The notes under the pieces are model-generated. The model saw nothing but the letters and a program-made list of their open reading frames with translations, ran no database searches and was not told the DNA's origin. A stretch of 64,000 nt of DNA from Clostridia bacterium. Its GTDB lineage: Bacteria > Bacillota > Clostridia > Oscillospirales > CAG-272. Shown piece by piece: positions 44,750 to 53,988 of this stretch (position 1 is the stretch's first letter; each line of letters starts with the position of its first letter). The position numbers were made by a program, and so were the translations under genes. The stretch is from positions 104,488 through 168,487 of the forward strand of contig JAFTRE010000032.1 in NCBI GenBank assembly GCA_017462385.1, read 5' to 3'.

Positions 44750-45310
44750 ATTTGTTGAGGGGGAACTTTTGAGCTCGCGCTGTGCGCGAGGTCTATAAAA
44801 TGTTCCCCCTCAAACTCCCCCTCAAAAACTTTCAACCGTTTGGGTGGGGTTAAATTCGATAGCTTGTCGCGTTAGGTAAACTCAGCATCCTCCTGCTTCA
44901 CGTAGGATGCCCTGACGGGATTATGATATTATTATGTTGTTCGTAGTACCTTGTTTATCTAAAACTTTACAGTGTCTTAGCCTCTCCCTATGGGAGAGGT
45001 GTCGCGGCTTGCCGCGACGGAGAGGGCGTTTATTGGCATCGATTTTACCCTCTCAGTCGCCTTTGGCGACAGCTCTCCCTGAGGGAGAGCCTTTTGCAAT
45101 GTCAGCTTTTAGTTGAAACAGAGCCGTAGGGGCCGGCGTTTCGCGGGCATCGCCCTACGGTATATGGTGACGGTAAATTAAATGGATGAGGCGGGAGAAC
45201 GCCACCATAAATAGGCTTCCCCTTGAGGGGAAGCTGTCACCGCAAGCAAGCGCAAGCGCGCGCCGCGGTGACTGATGAGGTGTAGGATGCGGAGCATCCG
45301 TTCGGTATAT
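44750..45310. repeat. composite mosaic of hairpin repeat modules (families A and C) filling the asnS/PFOR convergent spacer
   Basis: Contains GAGGGGGAAC..GTTCCCCCTC, GCATCC..GGATGC, the full MITE-like unit (44928-45130), GTAGGGGCCGGCG..CGCCCTAC, GGCTTCCCCTTGAGGGGAAGC, GTCACCGC..GCGGTGAC and GGATGC-ggag-GCATCC. Parts recur at 2191, 19935, 55454 and 58757. Confidence 0.85.
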
Positions 45311-45346
45311 AAAATAGGGGGTGCTTTTTTTCAAAAGGCACCCCCC
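45311..45346 (-). terminator. terminator of the PFOR gene
   Basis: GGGGGTGC-13 nt-GCACCCCC followed by TATTTT on the minus strand. Confidence 0.55.
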
Positions 45347-45365
45347 AAAAATATATAATCTTAAA

Positions 45366-48300
45366 TTAGTTCTCGCTGTACAGCTTGCCGTACTTGGTGA
45401 GTCTGTCGTATTTAGCCTTAGCCGAAACCTCTGCCTGCTCGAACAGGACCTTTGCTCTATCCGGGAACTGCTGTGCAAGTCTTGCATAGCGGACCTCGGA
45501 GGAGATAAAGTCAACGTAAGAAGCGGAGGGAGCCTTGGAGTCAACTACGAACTTAGCCTCGCCCTCGAGAGTGGGATTGTAGCGGAACATATGCCAGTAG
45601 CCTGCCTCAACAGCCTTCTTCATCTCGAGCTGGCTGTTCTGCATGCCGCCCTTAACACCGTGCATCTCACAAGGAGCATAACCGATGATGAGCGAAGGAC
45701 CGTGATAAGCCTCTGCCTCGCGGAGAGCCTTAAGTGTCTGGTTCATGTCAGCGCCCATAGCGATCTGTGCAACGTAAACGTAGCCGTAGGACATAGCGAT
45801 CTCTGCAAGGTTCTTCTTGCCGATTGCCTTACCTGCTGCTGCGAACTGTGCGACCTGACCGATCTGGGAAGCCTTGGAAGCCTGACCGCCGGTGTTGGAG
45901 TAAACCTCAGTATCGAATACCATGACGTTTACATCCTCGCCCGAAGCAAGAACGTGGTCAAGACCGCCAAATCCGATATCGTATGCCCAGCCGTCGCCAC
46001 CGAAGATCCATACGGACTTCTTAGCAAGGTAATCCTTGTCGGCGAGTATCTCCTTGGAGGCCTCGCAGCCCTCGGCTGCCCAACCCTCAAGAAGCTTAAC
46101 CAGCTCTGCAGTTGCCTTTTCGTTAGCGGCACCGTCATCGAGTGTATTCAGGTAGTTGTCAACGATAGCACGGCAGTTCTCGCAAGGAGTCTCGAGCGCC
46201 TTAACCTTTTCGATCAGTCTCTCGCGGATAGCTTTCTGACCGAGAGCCATGCCGAGACCGTGCTCAGCGTTGTCCTCGAACAGCGAGTTTGCCCATGCGG
46301 GACCCTTGCCGGATTCCTTATTTACTGTATAAGGAGTAGCGGGAGCGGAGCCACCCCAAATGGAGGAGCATCCGGTAGCGTTGGAGATATACATTCTCTC
46401 GCCGAACAGCTGAGTGATCAGGCGAGCATAAGAGGTCTCGGCACATCCTGCGCAGGAGCCGGAGAACTCAAGCAGGGGCTGCTTGAACTGGCTGCCCTTA
46501 ACGGTGGTGTTGTTGATGATCTCGGGCTTCTCGGAAACATTTGCTACTGCGTAGTCAAATGCAGCCTGCTGCTCGGTCTGAGTCTCGATGCCGACCATCT
46601 CAAGCGCTCTCTTCTCGGGCTTGGTGGGACATGCCTTGACGCAGAGGGTACAACCCATGCAGTCCAGAGGGCTGATAGCCATGGTGAACTTGTAATCGGT
46701 CTTTGCAACCGGCTTTGCTGCGAACTTTGTAACCTCGGGAGCATTTGCGGCCTCGTCTGCATTCATAGCGAAAGGACGGATAGCGGCGTGAGGACATACG
46801 AATGCGCACTGGTTACACTGGATGCAGTTCTCAGCGTGCCATACGGGAACATTAACTGCAACACCGCGCTTGTCGTAAGCTGCGGAGCCCTGCGGGAAGG
46901 TACCGTCTGCGCAATCCTTGAATGCGGAAACGGGGAGGCTGTCGCCTGCCATGCCGTTAACGGGCTTAACGATGGTGTTGACGAAGTTAGCAAGATCTGC
47001 TCTCTTATCCTCGACGAGTGCAGCTGCGGCATCATCTGCGCAGTCAGCCCAAGCGGCGGGAACGTTTACTGCAACGTAAGCGTCGGAGCCTGCGTCGATA
47101 GCGGCGTAGTTGAGGTCAACGATGGCCTGGCCCTTCTTTATGTAGGACTTGTAAGCGGCCTTCTTCATGTACTCAATAGCCTCTGCTGCGGGCAGGACAC
47201 CTGCAAGAGAGAAGAATGCGGACTGAAGAACGGTGTTCTTAACCTTTACGTTACCGATCTTGGATGCAAGACCCGTAGCGTCGATGATGTAGAACTTAAC
47301 GTTGTTGGCAGCGATGTACTTCTTGACCTTTGCGGGAAGCTTTGCGTCAAGCTCAGCCTCGCTCCAAGGACAGTCGAGCAGGAAAGTTGCGCCGGGCTTA
47401 ATGTCGGTGATCATGCTCTCGTACTTATCGAGGTAAGCGTGGTTGTGGCAAGCGACGAAGTCTGCCTTATTGATGTAGTACGGGCTCTTGATGGGCTGAT
47501 CGCCGAAGCGCAGGTGGGATACTGTGAAGCCACCGGTCTTCTTGGAGTCGTACTGGAAGTATGCCTGAATATACTTGTCGGTGTGGTCACCGATGATCTT
47601 GATGGAGTTCTTGTTAGCACCGACAGTACCGTCGCCGCCCAGACCCCAAAACTTGCAGGAGATAGTACCCTTTGCGGAGGTGTCGGGGCACTTCTTCTCG
47701 GGCAGAGAGTGACCGGTCACATCGTCTACGATGCCGATAGTGAAGTCATTCTTGGGATTCTTCTTTGCGAGGTTATCAAATACTGCAAAGATGGAGGAAG
47801 GAGGAGTATCCTTCGAGCCGAGACCGTAGCGGCCGCCGACGACCTGTGCCTGTACGCCCTCGCGAGCGAGTGCGGTGACAACGTCGAGATAAAGAGGCTC
47901 GCCGAGTGCGCCGGGCTCTTTGGTTCTGTCAAGAACAGCGATCTTCTTAACAGTCTTAGGCAGCGCTGCAACCAGCTTGTCTGCGCGGAAAGGACGGTAC
48001 AATCTTACCTTTACAAGACCGACCTTTTTGCCCTTAGCCAGCATATAGTCGATAACTTCCTCTGCAACGTCGCAGACGGAGCCCATAGCGATGATGACGT
48101 TCTCAGCGTCGGGAGCGCCGTAGTAGTTAAACAGCTGATAGTCAGTGCCGATGAGCTTGTTGACTTTCTTCATGTACTTCTCAACGATTGCGGGAAGTGC
48201 ATCGTAGTAGGGGTTACAAGCCTCTCTGTGCTGGAAGAAGATATCGCCGTTCTCAGCGGAGCCGCGGAGTACGGGGTGCTCGGGGTTGATAGCGCGAGCG

Positions 48301-48938
48301 CGGAAATCTTCAACAGCCTTCATGTCGACCATCTTCTTGAGGTCTGCATAGTCCCAAGCCTCGATCTTCTGAATCTCATGGGAGGTACGGAAGCCGTCAA
48401 AGAAGTTGATAAAGGGAACTCTGCCCTCGATGGTAGCAAGGTGAGCAACAGCGCCGAGGTCCATGATCTCCTGCGGGTTGGTCTCAGCCAGCATAGCGAA
48501 ACCGGTCTGACGGCAAGCATAGACGTCGGAGTGGTCGCCGAAAATGTTCAGCGCGTGGGATGCGACTGTACGCGCGGAAACGTGAATAACGCAAGGCAGC
48601 AGCTCGCCTGCGATCTTATAGAGGTTGGGGATCATGAGCAGCAGACCCTGAGACGCGGTGTAAGTGGTGGTCAAAGCACCGGCTGCGAGCGAGCCGTGAA
48701 CCGCACCTGCGGCACCTGCCTCGGACTGCATCTCAACGACCTTTACCTTGTCGCCGAAAACGTTGATAGCGGGGTCACCCGTGTAGTTTTTGCCGGCTGC
48801 CGACCATGCGTCGACCTGCTCGGCCATAGGCGAGGAAGGCGTGATGGGGTATATGGCGGCAACCTCAGTGAACGCATACGATACATGCGCCGCGGCTGTG
48901 TTACCATCCATAGAAATCTTCTTACGCTTGATTGCCAT
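45366..48938 (-). CDS. nifJ: pyruvate:ferredoxin (flavodoxin) oxidoreductase
   Basis: About 1190 aa. MDGNTAAAHVSYAFTEVAAIYPITPSS, two 4Fe-4S motifs (CIQCNQCAFVCPHA, CMGCTLCVKACP) and TPP-binding GGDGWAYDIG. The start was moved to ATG 48938 (AGGAGG SD). Confidence 0.95.
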   Translation of the reverse strand: MAIKRKKISMDGNTAAAHVSYAFTEVAAIYPITPSSPMAEQVDAWSAAGKNYTGDPAINVFGDKVKVVEMQSEAGAAGAVHGSLAAGALTTTYTASQGLLLMIPNLYKIAGELLPCVIHVSARTVASHALNIFGDHSDVYACRQTGFAMLAETNPQEIMDLGAVAHLATIEGRVPFINFFDGFRTSHEIQKIEAWDYADLKKMVDMKAVEDFRARAINPEHPVLRGSAENGDIFFQHREACNPYYDALPAIVEKYMKKVNKLIGTDYQLFNYYGAPDAENVIIAMGSVCDVAEEVIDYMLAKGKKVGLVKVRLYRPFRADKLVAALPKTVKKIAVLDRTKEPGALGEPLYLDVVTALAREGVQAQVVGGRYGLGSKDTPPSSIFAVFDNLAKKNPKNDFTIGIVDDVTGHSLPEKKCPDTSAKGTISCKFWGLGGDGTVGANKNSIKIIGDHTDKYIQAYFQYDSKKTGGFTVSHLRFGDQPIKSPYYINKADFVACHNHAYLDKYESMITDIKPGATFLLDCPWSEAELDAKLPAKVKKYIAANNVKFYIIDATGLASKIGNVKVKNTVLQSAFFSLAGVLPAAEAIEYMKKAAYKSYIKKGQAIVDLNYAAIDAGSDAYVAVNVPAAWADCADDAAAALVEDKRADLANFVNTIVKPVNGMAGDSLPVSAFKDCADGTFPQGSAAYDKRGVAVNVPVWHAENCIQCNQCAFVCPHAAIRPFAMNADEAANAPEVTKFAAKPVAKTDYKFTMAISPLDCMGCTLCVKACPTKPEKRALEMVGIETQTEQQAAFDYAVANVSEKPEIINNTTVKGSQFKQPLLEFSGSCAGCAETSYARLITQLFGERMYISNATGCSSIWGGSAPATPYTVNKESGKGPAWANSLFEDNAEHGLGMALGQKAIRERLIEKVKALETPCENCRAIVDNYLNTLDDGAANEKATAELVKLLEGWAAEGCEASKEILADKDYLAKKSVWIFGGDGWAYDIGFGGLDHVLASGEDVNVMVFDTEVYSNTGGQASKASQIGQVAQFAAAGKAIGKKNLAEIAMSYGYVYVAQIAMGADMNQTLKALREAEAYHGPSLIIGYAPCEMHGVKGGMQNSQLEMKKAVEAGYWHMFRYNPTLEGEAKFVVDSKAPSASYVDFISSEVRYARLAQQFPDRAKVLFEQAEVSAKAKYDRLTKYGKLYSEN

Positions 48939-49070
48939 TTTTGGAATTCCTCCTGTATGATTAATTTTTTTAAATCTTGGGTAATGAGACAAATTCTTTC
49001 ATCTTATTATATTCTTTATGTCTCAATATAATATGATATCACAAAACGGCCGAATTGTAAAGGGGTTTGA

Positions 49071-49100
49071 CGAAAATTGCCCGCCGTTCGGGCGAGCAAT
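49071..49100 (-). terminator. terminator of PHP paralog 1
   Basis: ATTGCTCGCC-cgaac-GGCGGGCAAT (one mismatch) followed by TTTTCG on the minus strand. Confidence 0.6.
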
Positions 49101-49125
49101 TTCTTGACAATTATTTTTTCTCGGA

Positions 49126-50148
49126 TCAGATTCCCAGCTCGTCCCGGAAGAAGCCACGAGTGTTGGCGTGGTTGCCCTCGAAGTCATAAACGTCGAAACG
49201 GACGTAGGGTGCGTCGTCGGGAATAACGAAGTCTGCAAAGGTAACCGGATTTTCTTTACTTCCGACCTTGCGAATTCCGCTCTTGCTGCCCTTCATCAAC
49301 GTTATCTGGCGAACAGGCTCGGTCTCGATGTGAACCTTGTTACCGTCAAACGTCAGCTCGAGGATCTTCGGACCCATGGAGGCGTAAAAATCGCCCTTTT
49401 CCAGTGCCTCAATGACGGACGCATAGGTCAGATCCTTTGCGAGCACCATTGTAAAGCCGCCGAACGAGTCGGACGCTGCGGAATCGATGGGATTATTGTT
49501 ATGGTTGTCGTCGGCGGCATGGCAGAAGATGCGCTGACCGTCGCGCAGCATTCTGTCGTAAAGAGGAGCGTTATACTCCATGCGGTTGCCGACGAAGGAC
49601 GCATAATTGCATATTTCCATTGAGAAAAATCCGCGGTAAGCGGCGCTTCTCTCGGCGAGCTCCAGCGACCAGACGGGGTGGTTATGTGTGCAAAGATAGC
49701 CGTTTTCGTTTGCAACCTTAAGGAAATTATTTATATATTCGACGGTGTAATCACGGTCATTAATGCCGCCCGCTTTCGGGATAGCGGCGATCTCCTCGGG
49801 AGTTTTGGCGTATTTGCAGTAACGCGAGTCGAAATTGATGTGTGTTATGTTGTGGGGATCCTTTGCGAAAAGGCAGATGTGAGTTTCGGGCACATAAGGA
49901 AAGCCCTTGCCGTTGCTCTCTGCCGAACGCAAATGTGACTCGTAGCCGGTCAGCATGAGAAAATCGGGCTCTGTCATGTCGGAGTGATCGCAGGTGCGCT
50001 CGTGGTCGGTGATGCAGAGGATGGAATAGCCGTGCGACTTATACGCATCCTTCATTTCTTCAGGCGTCAGCTTGCCGTCGGAAAGGTTGCTGTGGCTGTG
50101 AAGATTTGCCTTGTATTGGGGCGCGTCTTTTTTGATGTAGTTTATCAT
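49126..50148 (-). CDS. PHP-domain phosphoesterase (paralog 1)
   Basis: 340 aa. ANLHSHSNLSDGKLTPEE..GYSILCITDHE is the PHP metal-binding N-terminus. Confidence 0.75.
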   Translation of the reverse strand: MINYIKKDAPQYKANLHSHSNLSDGKLTPEEMKDAYKSHGYSILCITDHERTCDHSDMTEPDFLMLTGYESHLRSAESNGKGFPYVPETHICLFAKDPHNITHINFDSRYCKYAKTPEEIAAIPKAGGINDRDYTVEYINNFLKVANENGYLCTHNHPVWSLELAERSAAYRGFFSMEICNYASFVGNRMEYNAPLYDRMLRDGQRIFCHAADDNHNNNPIDSAASDSFGGFTMVLAKDLTYASVIEALEKGDFYASMGPKILELTFDGNKVHIETEPVRQITLMKGSKSGIRKVGSKENPVTFADFVIPDDAPYVRFDVYDFEGNHANTRGFFRDELGI

Positions 50149-50304
50149 AAAAAACTACCTCCGTTTAAAAATATCGATATTATTATATCATCATATGTGG
50201 AATATTGCAAGTTATTTTGCGTTTTTGTTTTGATTTTTTTGTTGTTTTGTGGCGATGGAGGAGAGTTTTTTACGGTATGGGCAAGCCAAGCCCCTACGGC
50301 ATAA

Positions 50305-50350
50305 ATAAAAATTTGCCCGCCGACATTTTATGTCGGCGGGCGATATTTTT
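50305..50350. terminator. bidirectional-looking terminator after PHP paralog 2
   Basis: GCCCGCCGACA-tttta-TGTCGGCGGGC flanked by an A-run and a T-run. Confidence 0.7.
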
Positions 50351-50355
50351 ATATC

Positions 50356-51366
50356 TTAAATACCCAGCTCATCGCGGAAGAAAGCTCTTGTATTTGCATG
50401 GTTGCCGCTATAGTCATAGACGTCAAAGCGAACATAGGGATGCTTATCCGAGATCTCAAAATCGGCACTTGTAACGGGTGTATCGTCGGTACCGAGAACG
50501 CGCTTGGTGCGCTTTGCGCCTGCAAGCATGGTTATCTGGCGCGCGGGGGTGGTCTCGATGTGCACCTTGTTGCCGTCAAACGTCAGCTCCAGTATCTCGG
50601 GGCCCTCGGAGGCATAGAAATTGCCCTTCTCCAGTGCACTGAAAACGCTGTCATAGCTCAGGTCATCCGTCATGATCATGGTAAAACCGCCGAAAGAGTC
50701 GCATTCGGGCGAATCAAAGGGCTGCTTGTTGTGGTTATCGTCGGCGGCGTGACAGAACAGGCGCTTGCCCGACATGAGCAGGCGGTCATAAAGCGGGCCG
50801 TTGTATTCCATGCGGTTGATTATTTTGGAGGAATAATTAGACATTTCCATGGTGAAAAAGCCCTCGTATGCGGCCACGGTCTCGGCTGCCTCCATCGACC
50901 AGACGGCATGGTTATGCGAGCAGATATAGCCGTGCTCTTTTGCCGTTTTGACGAAATCATTTACGTACTTGACGGTGTACTCGCGGGGCTCTGTCGAGCC
51001 GACCTTTATCTGCGCGTCGCGCTCGGCGGGATCCTTTATGTATTTGCAGGACTTGTCCTCAAAATTGATGAACTTTACGTTATGGGGGTCGCGTGCGAAC
51101 AGGTTGATGTGAACCTCGGGGCCGTATGCGGTATGATTTTCGGGGCGAATATACGCCTCATAACCCGTCAGCATAAGAAAATCGGGGTCGGAGAGCGCGG
51201 TGTGGTCGTGAGGACGCTCGTGGTCGGTAATGCAGAGGACGGAATAGCCGTGCGACTTATACGCCTCCTTGAGCTGCTCGGGTGTCAGCTTGCCGTCGGA
51301 CAGCACGCTATGGCAATGAAGGTTGGCTTTGTACTGAGGTGCGCCTTTTTTGATATAGGTGATCAT
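50356..51366 (-). CDS. PHP-domain phosphoesterase (paralog 2)
   Basis: 336 aa, collinear with paralog 1 over its full length (ANLHCHSVLSDGKLTPEQ..GYSVLCITDHE; shared C-terminus NTRAFFRDELGI). Confidence 0.75.
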   Translation of the reverse strand: MITYIKKGAPQYKANLHCHSVLSDGKLTPEQLKEAYKSHGYSVLCITDHERPHDHTALSDPDFLMLTGYEAYIRPENHTAYGPEVHINLFARDPHNVKFINFEDKSCKYIKDPAERDAQIKVGSTEPREYTVKYVNDFVKTAKEHGYICSHNHAVWSMEAAETVAAYEGFFTMEMSNYSSKIINRMEYNGPLYDRLLMSGKRLFCHAADDNHNKQPFDSPECDSFGGFTMIMTDDLSYDSVFSALEKGNFYASEGPEILELTFDGNKVHIETTPARQITMLAGAKRTKRVLGTDDTPVTSADFEISDKHPYVRFDVYDYSGNHANTRAFFRDELGI

Positions 51367-51535
51367 GCGGGGATTCCTCCGAAATATGAATTGATGTTTT
51401 TTACATTATAGCACCTTTTTATGAGCATTTCAAGTGTTCACTGACAAAATCCTGTCAGTCACAGATATTTGAGATATATTATAATAGCCTCGGGATACCA
51501 AAAGTACCGTAATTTCAAAGAAAGGAGGAATTTTT

Positions 51536-51847
51536 ATGACTTGGGAGATCGCAGTCGGGCTGTTCACCATCGTCTCGGCGTTTATCGCCGTTATGAAGGT
51601 GGTTGTCCGCATCAACAAAACGCTTACCACGCTTGACATTTCGGTCAACAGGCTCAACGACAGCATGACGCGTCAGGCGGCAAAAAACAAGCTGATCTTC
51701 GGCGAGCTGGAGGATCACGAAAAGCGGCTTCAGCGGCTGGAGTTTGTCAGAAACGAGTATTTTCCGACCAAGCCCACGCCGCCCGCCGCGGCGCCTTATT
51801 CGGACAACGATCTGCGCCGCGAGGCAGAGGCGCGCGGAGAGCTGTAA
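51536..51847 (+). CDS. small N-terminally membrane-anchored coiled-coil protein (BhlA/UviB-like architecture)
   Basis: 103 aa with AAAGGAGG SD. An N-terminal TM helix (WEIAVGLFTIVSAFIAVMKVVV) is followed by a helical region LTTLDISVNRLNDSMTRQAAKNKLIFGELEDHEKRLQRLE. The family call rests on architecture only. Confidence 0.4.
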   Translation: MTWEIAVGLFTIVSAFIAVMKVVVRINKTLTTLDISVNRLNDSMTRQAAKNKLIFGELEDHEKRLQRLEFVRNEYFPTKPTPPAAAPYSDNDLRREAEARGEL

Positions 51848-51912
51848 GACCGCGCAAAAACACCTCTGCAACATTTCAGATCTCAAAAAACCATGAAAGG
51901 AGGCACAAAAAA

Positions 51913-52119
51913 ATGAACTGGAAGCAAAAGCTGTCTTCCCGCAAGCTGTGGGCGGCGATAACCGCCTTTGTGACGGCGCTGGCGACGGTACTCGGTGCGG
52001 ACGCGCTGACGATCGAACAGCTGGCGGCGCTCATCAGCGCCATCGGCGTTGCCGTGACCTACATAATCGGCGAGTCCTGCGTCGACGCCGCAAGGGAAAA
52101 GAATAAGGAAGAAGAATAA
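51913..52119 (+). CDS. phage-type holin (phi LC3-like N-terminus)
   Basis: 68 aa with AAAGGAGG SD. MNWKQKLSSRKLWAAITAFVTALATVLG...LAALISAIGVAVTYIIG gives two TM helices and a charged tail. The xNWKxxLxxxKxW start is what I recall for phiLC3-family holins. Confidence 0.5.
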   Translation: MNWKQKLSSRKLWAAITAFVTALATVLGADALTIEQLAALISAIGVAVTYIIGESCVDAAREKNKEEE

Positions 52120-52126
52120 TGATAGC

Positions 52127-52155
52127 AAAAAATGCGCTCATAGAGCGCATTTTTT
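52127..52155. terminator. bidirectional intrinsic terminator
   Basis: AAAAAATGCGCTC-ata-GAGCGCATTTTTT. Confidence 0.8.
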
Positions 52156-52165
52156 GCGGGATGTT

Positions 52166-52963
52166 TTATTTACTCAACAGTGTGCGGTCGTTGGCGAATT
52201 CCTCGCCGCTGGTCTGCGAGAATTTTTCGATAAGCGCATCGACGGTCAGCTTTTGCTTTTCCTCGCCCGAAACGTCGAAAATTATGCGTCCTTCATGCAT
52301 CATAATAAGGCGATTGCCGTGTGCGATGGCGTCCTTCATATTATGAGTTACCATCATGGCGGTCAAATGATTTTCGGCTATCAGCTTGTCGGAAAGCTCA
52401 AGCACCTTTGCGGCGGTCTTGGGGTCAAGTGCCGCGGTGTGCTCGTCGAGCAACAATATCTTGGGCTTTTTCAGCGTTGCCATCAGCAGTGTCAGCGCCT
52501 GGCGCTGACCGCCCGAAAGCAGACCGACCTTGGCGGTCATTCTGTCCTCGAGTCCCAGTTCAAGCGTAGCGAGCTGCTCACGGAACTGCTTTTTCTCCTT
52601 AGCCGAAATTCCCCAACGCAGAGTGCGAGGTGCGCCTCGGCGGGCGGCGATCGCCATGTTTTCCTGTATCTCCATGGTGGCGGCAGTGCCGGTCATGGGG
52701 TCTTGGAAAACTCTGCCGAGGTATTTTGCCCGCTTATATTCGGGCAGATGCGCGACGTTTGCTCCGTCTATTTTTATCTCGCCGCTGTCAATGGGCCAAG
52801 CGCCCGCGATGGCGTTAAGCGTGGTCGACTTGCCCGCGCCGTTGCCGCCGATAATGGTGACGAAATCGCCCTCATTCAGCTTGAGGTCGACTCCGCACAG
52901 CGCGCGCTTGGCGTTTATGGTCCCGGGATTGAAGGTCTTGCGAACATCAATGAGTTCAAGCAT
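52166..52963 (-). CDS. ABC transporter ATP-binding protein (PF04392-type importer)
   Basis: Walker A GGNGAGKST, signature LSGGQRQ and Walker B LLLDEHTAALD. The start was moved to ATG 52963, overlapping the permease stop by 8 nt. Confidence 0.9.
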   Translation of the reverse strand: MLELIDVRKTFNPGTINAKRALCGVDLKLNEGDFVTIIGGNGAGKSTTLNAIAGAWPIDSGEIKIDGANVAHLPEYKRAKYLGRVFQDPMTGTAATMEIQENMAIAARRGAPRTLRWGISAKEKKQFREQLATLELGLEDRMTAKVGLLSGGQRQALTLLMATLKKPKILLLDEHTAALDPKTAAKVLELSDKLIAENHLTAMMVTHNMKDAIAHGNRLIMMHEGRIIFDVSGEEKQKLTVDALIEKFSQTSGEEFANDRTLLSK

Positions 52964-53894
52964 TTTCCTTGCCCTCCTTACCCGATTTTTTACGCTTTGC
53001 GGCATCAGCGTGTGACGAAAAATATTTGTTTTTCCAATAAGGAACTGCCAAGAACAGTGCAACAAGCAAAGCCGAGAGCAGCTTGAGCAGGTCGGCGTCA
53101 AGACCGATATAAATAACGGTGGAGTAGACGATGTAGTAAACTATGCCGCCGAAAACGACCGCGAGCAGCTTGAGCGCGAAATTATTTTTCGCCAGCCAGC
53201 CGAACAGCGCGTCGCCGATGATGACGGCGGCAAGGCCGATAACGATAGCGCCCTTACCCATGTTATTGTTGGAGCTACCCTGATACTGTGCGAGCAGTGC
53301 GCCCGAGAGCGCGACGATACCGTTTGACAGGACAAGACCGAAAATTTTGGTGATGTTTGTATTGATGCCCTGTGCGCGGCTCATGCCGAGGTTTGCGCCC
53401 GTTGCGCGGACGGACGAGCCGTATTCCGTTCCGAAGAACCAATAAAGCAGGGCTATGAGGGCAATGGCGAAAATCGTAAGTATCAGCACGGTGCGTCCCA
53501 GAAAAGCAACGCGGTTTGTGACCAGCAGGTTGTTTTTGGAAACGTCGAGCGCGATCTGCGACGTGCCCATGATCTTAAGGTTGATGGACCACAGCATCAG
53601 CTGTGTCAGAATGCCCGCGAGAATTGCGGGGATGCCCATAAAGGTATGGAAGATGCCCGTCATAAGTCCCGTCAGCATTCCCACGATGAAGGCGGCGATG
53701 AGCGCCAGCCAAACGGGCTGACCGCTTGTAAGCATGACGGCGCAAACCGACGCGCCGGTGCATATCGAGCCATCGACGGTAAGGTCGGCGATATCAAGTA
53801 TTTTGAAGGTTATATAAACGCCGATCGCCATGATGCCCCAGATGATACCCTGAGCGACAGCACCCGGCAACGAGCTTAAATAGTTTATAAACAT
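52956..53894 (-). CDS. ABC transporter permease (partner of the PF04392 SBP)
   Basis: 312 aa with about 8-10 TM helices, located between the SBP and ATPase genes. Confidence 0.85.
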   Translation of the reverse strand: MFINYLSSLPGAVAQGIIWGIMAIGVYITFKILDIADLTVDGSICTGASVCAVMLTSGQPVWLALIAAFIVGMLTGLMTGIFHTFMGIPAILAGILTQLMLWSINLKIMGTSQIALDVSKNNLLVTNRVAFLGRTVLILTIFAIALIALLYWFFGTEYGSSVRATGANLGMSRAQGINTNITKIFGLVLSNGIVALSGALLAQYQGSSNNNMGKGAIVIGLAAVIIGDALFGWLAKNNFALKLLAVVFGGIVYYIVYSTVIYIGLDADLLKLLSALLVALFLAVPYWKNKYFSSHADAAKRKKSGKEGKENA

Positions 53895-53937
53895 GAGAGA
53901 AAACCTTTCTTTTGCTATTTAGACGAAAACACAGCAG

Positions 53938-53961
53938 GGAATGCGCCGTGCGGCGCATTCC
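53938..53961 (-). other. intercistronic hairpin between the SBP and permease genes
   Basis: GGAATGCGCCG-tg-CGGCGCATTCC. This is the typical position for the stabiliser or partial terminator that raises SBP stoichiometry. Confidence 0.5.
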
Positions 53962-53988
53962 TTGCCGTTTTTATTAGTCAAACAAGCC

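Noticed and set aside
45321-49031. A 1236-aa plus-strand ORF, the longest in the window.
   Set aside because: It is exactly antisense to the PFOR gene, whose translation carries unmistakable motifs. The antisense translation is low-complexity (L/V/G/D/C-rich), has no SD and no recognisable domain. Long antisense open frames are expected with strong GC3 codon bias.
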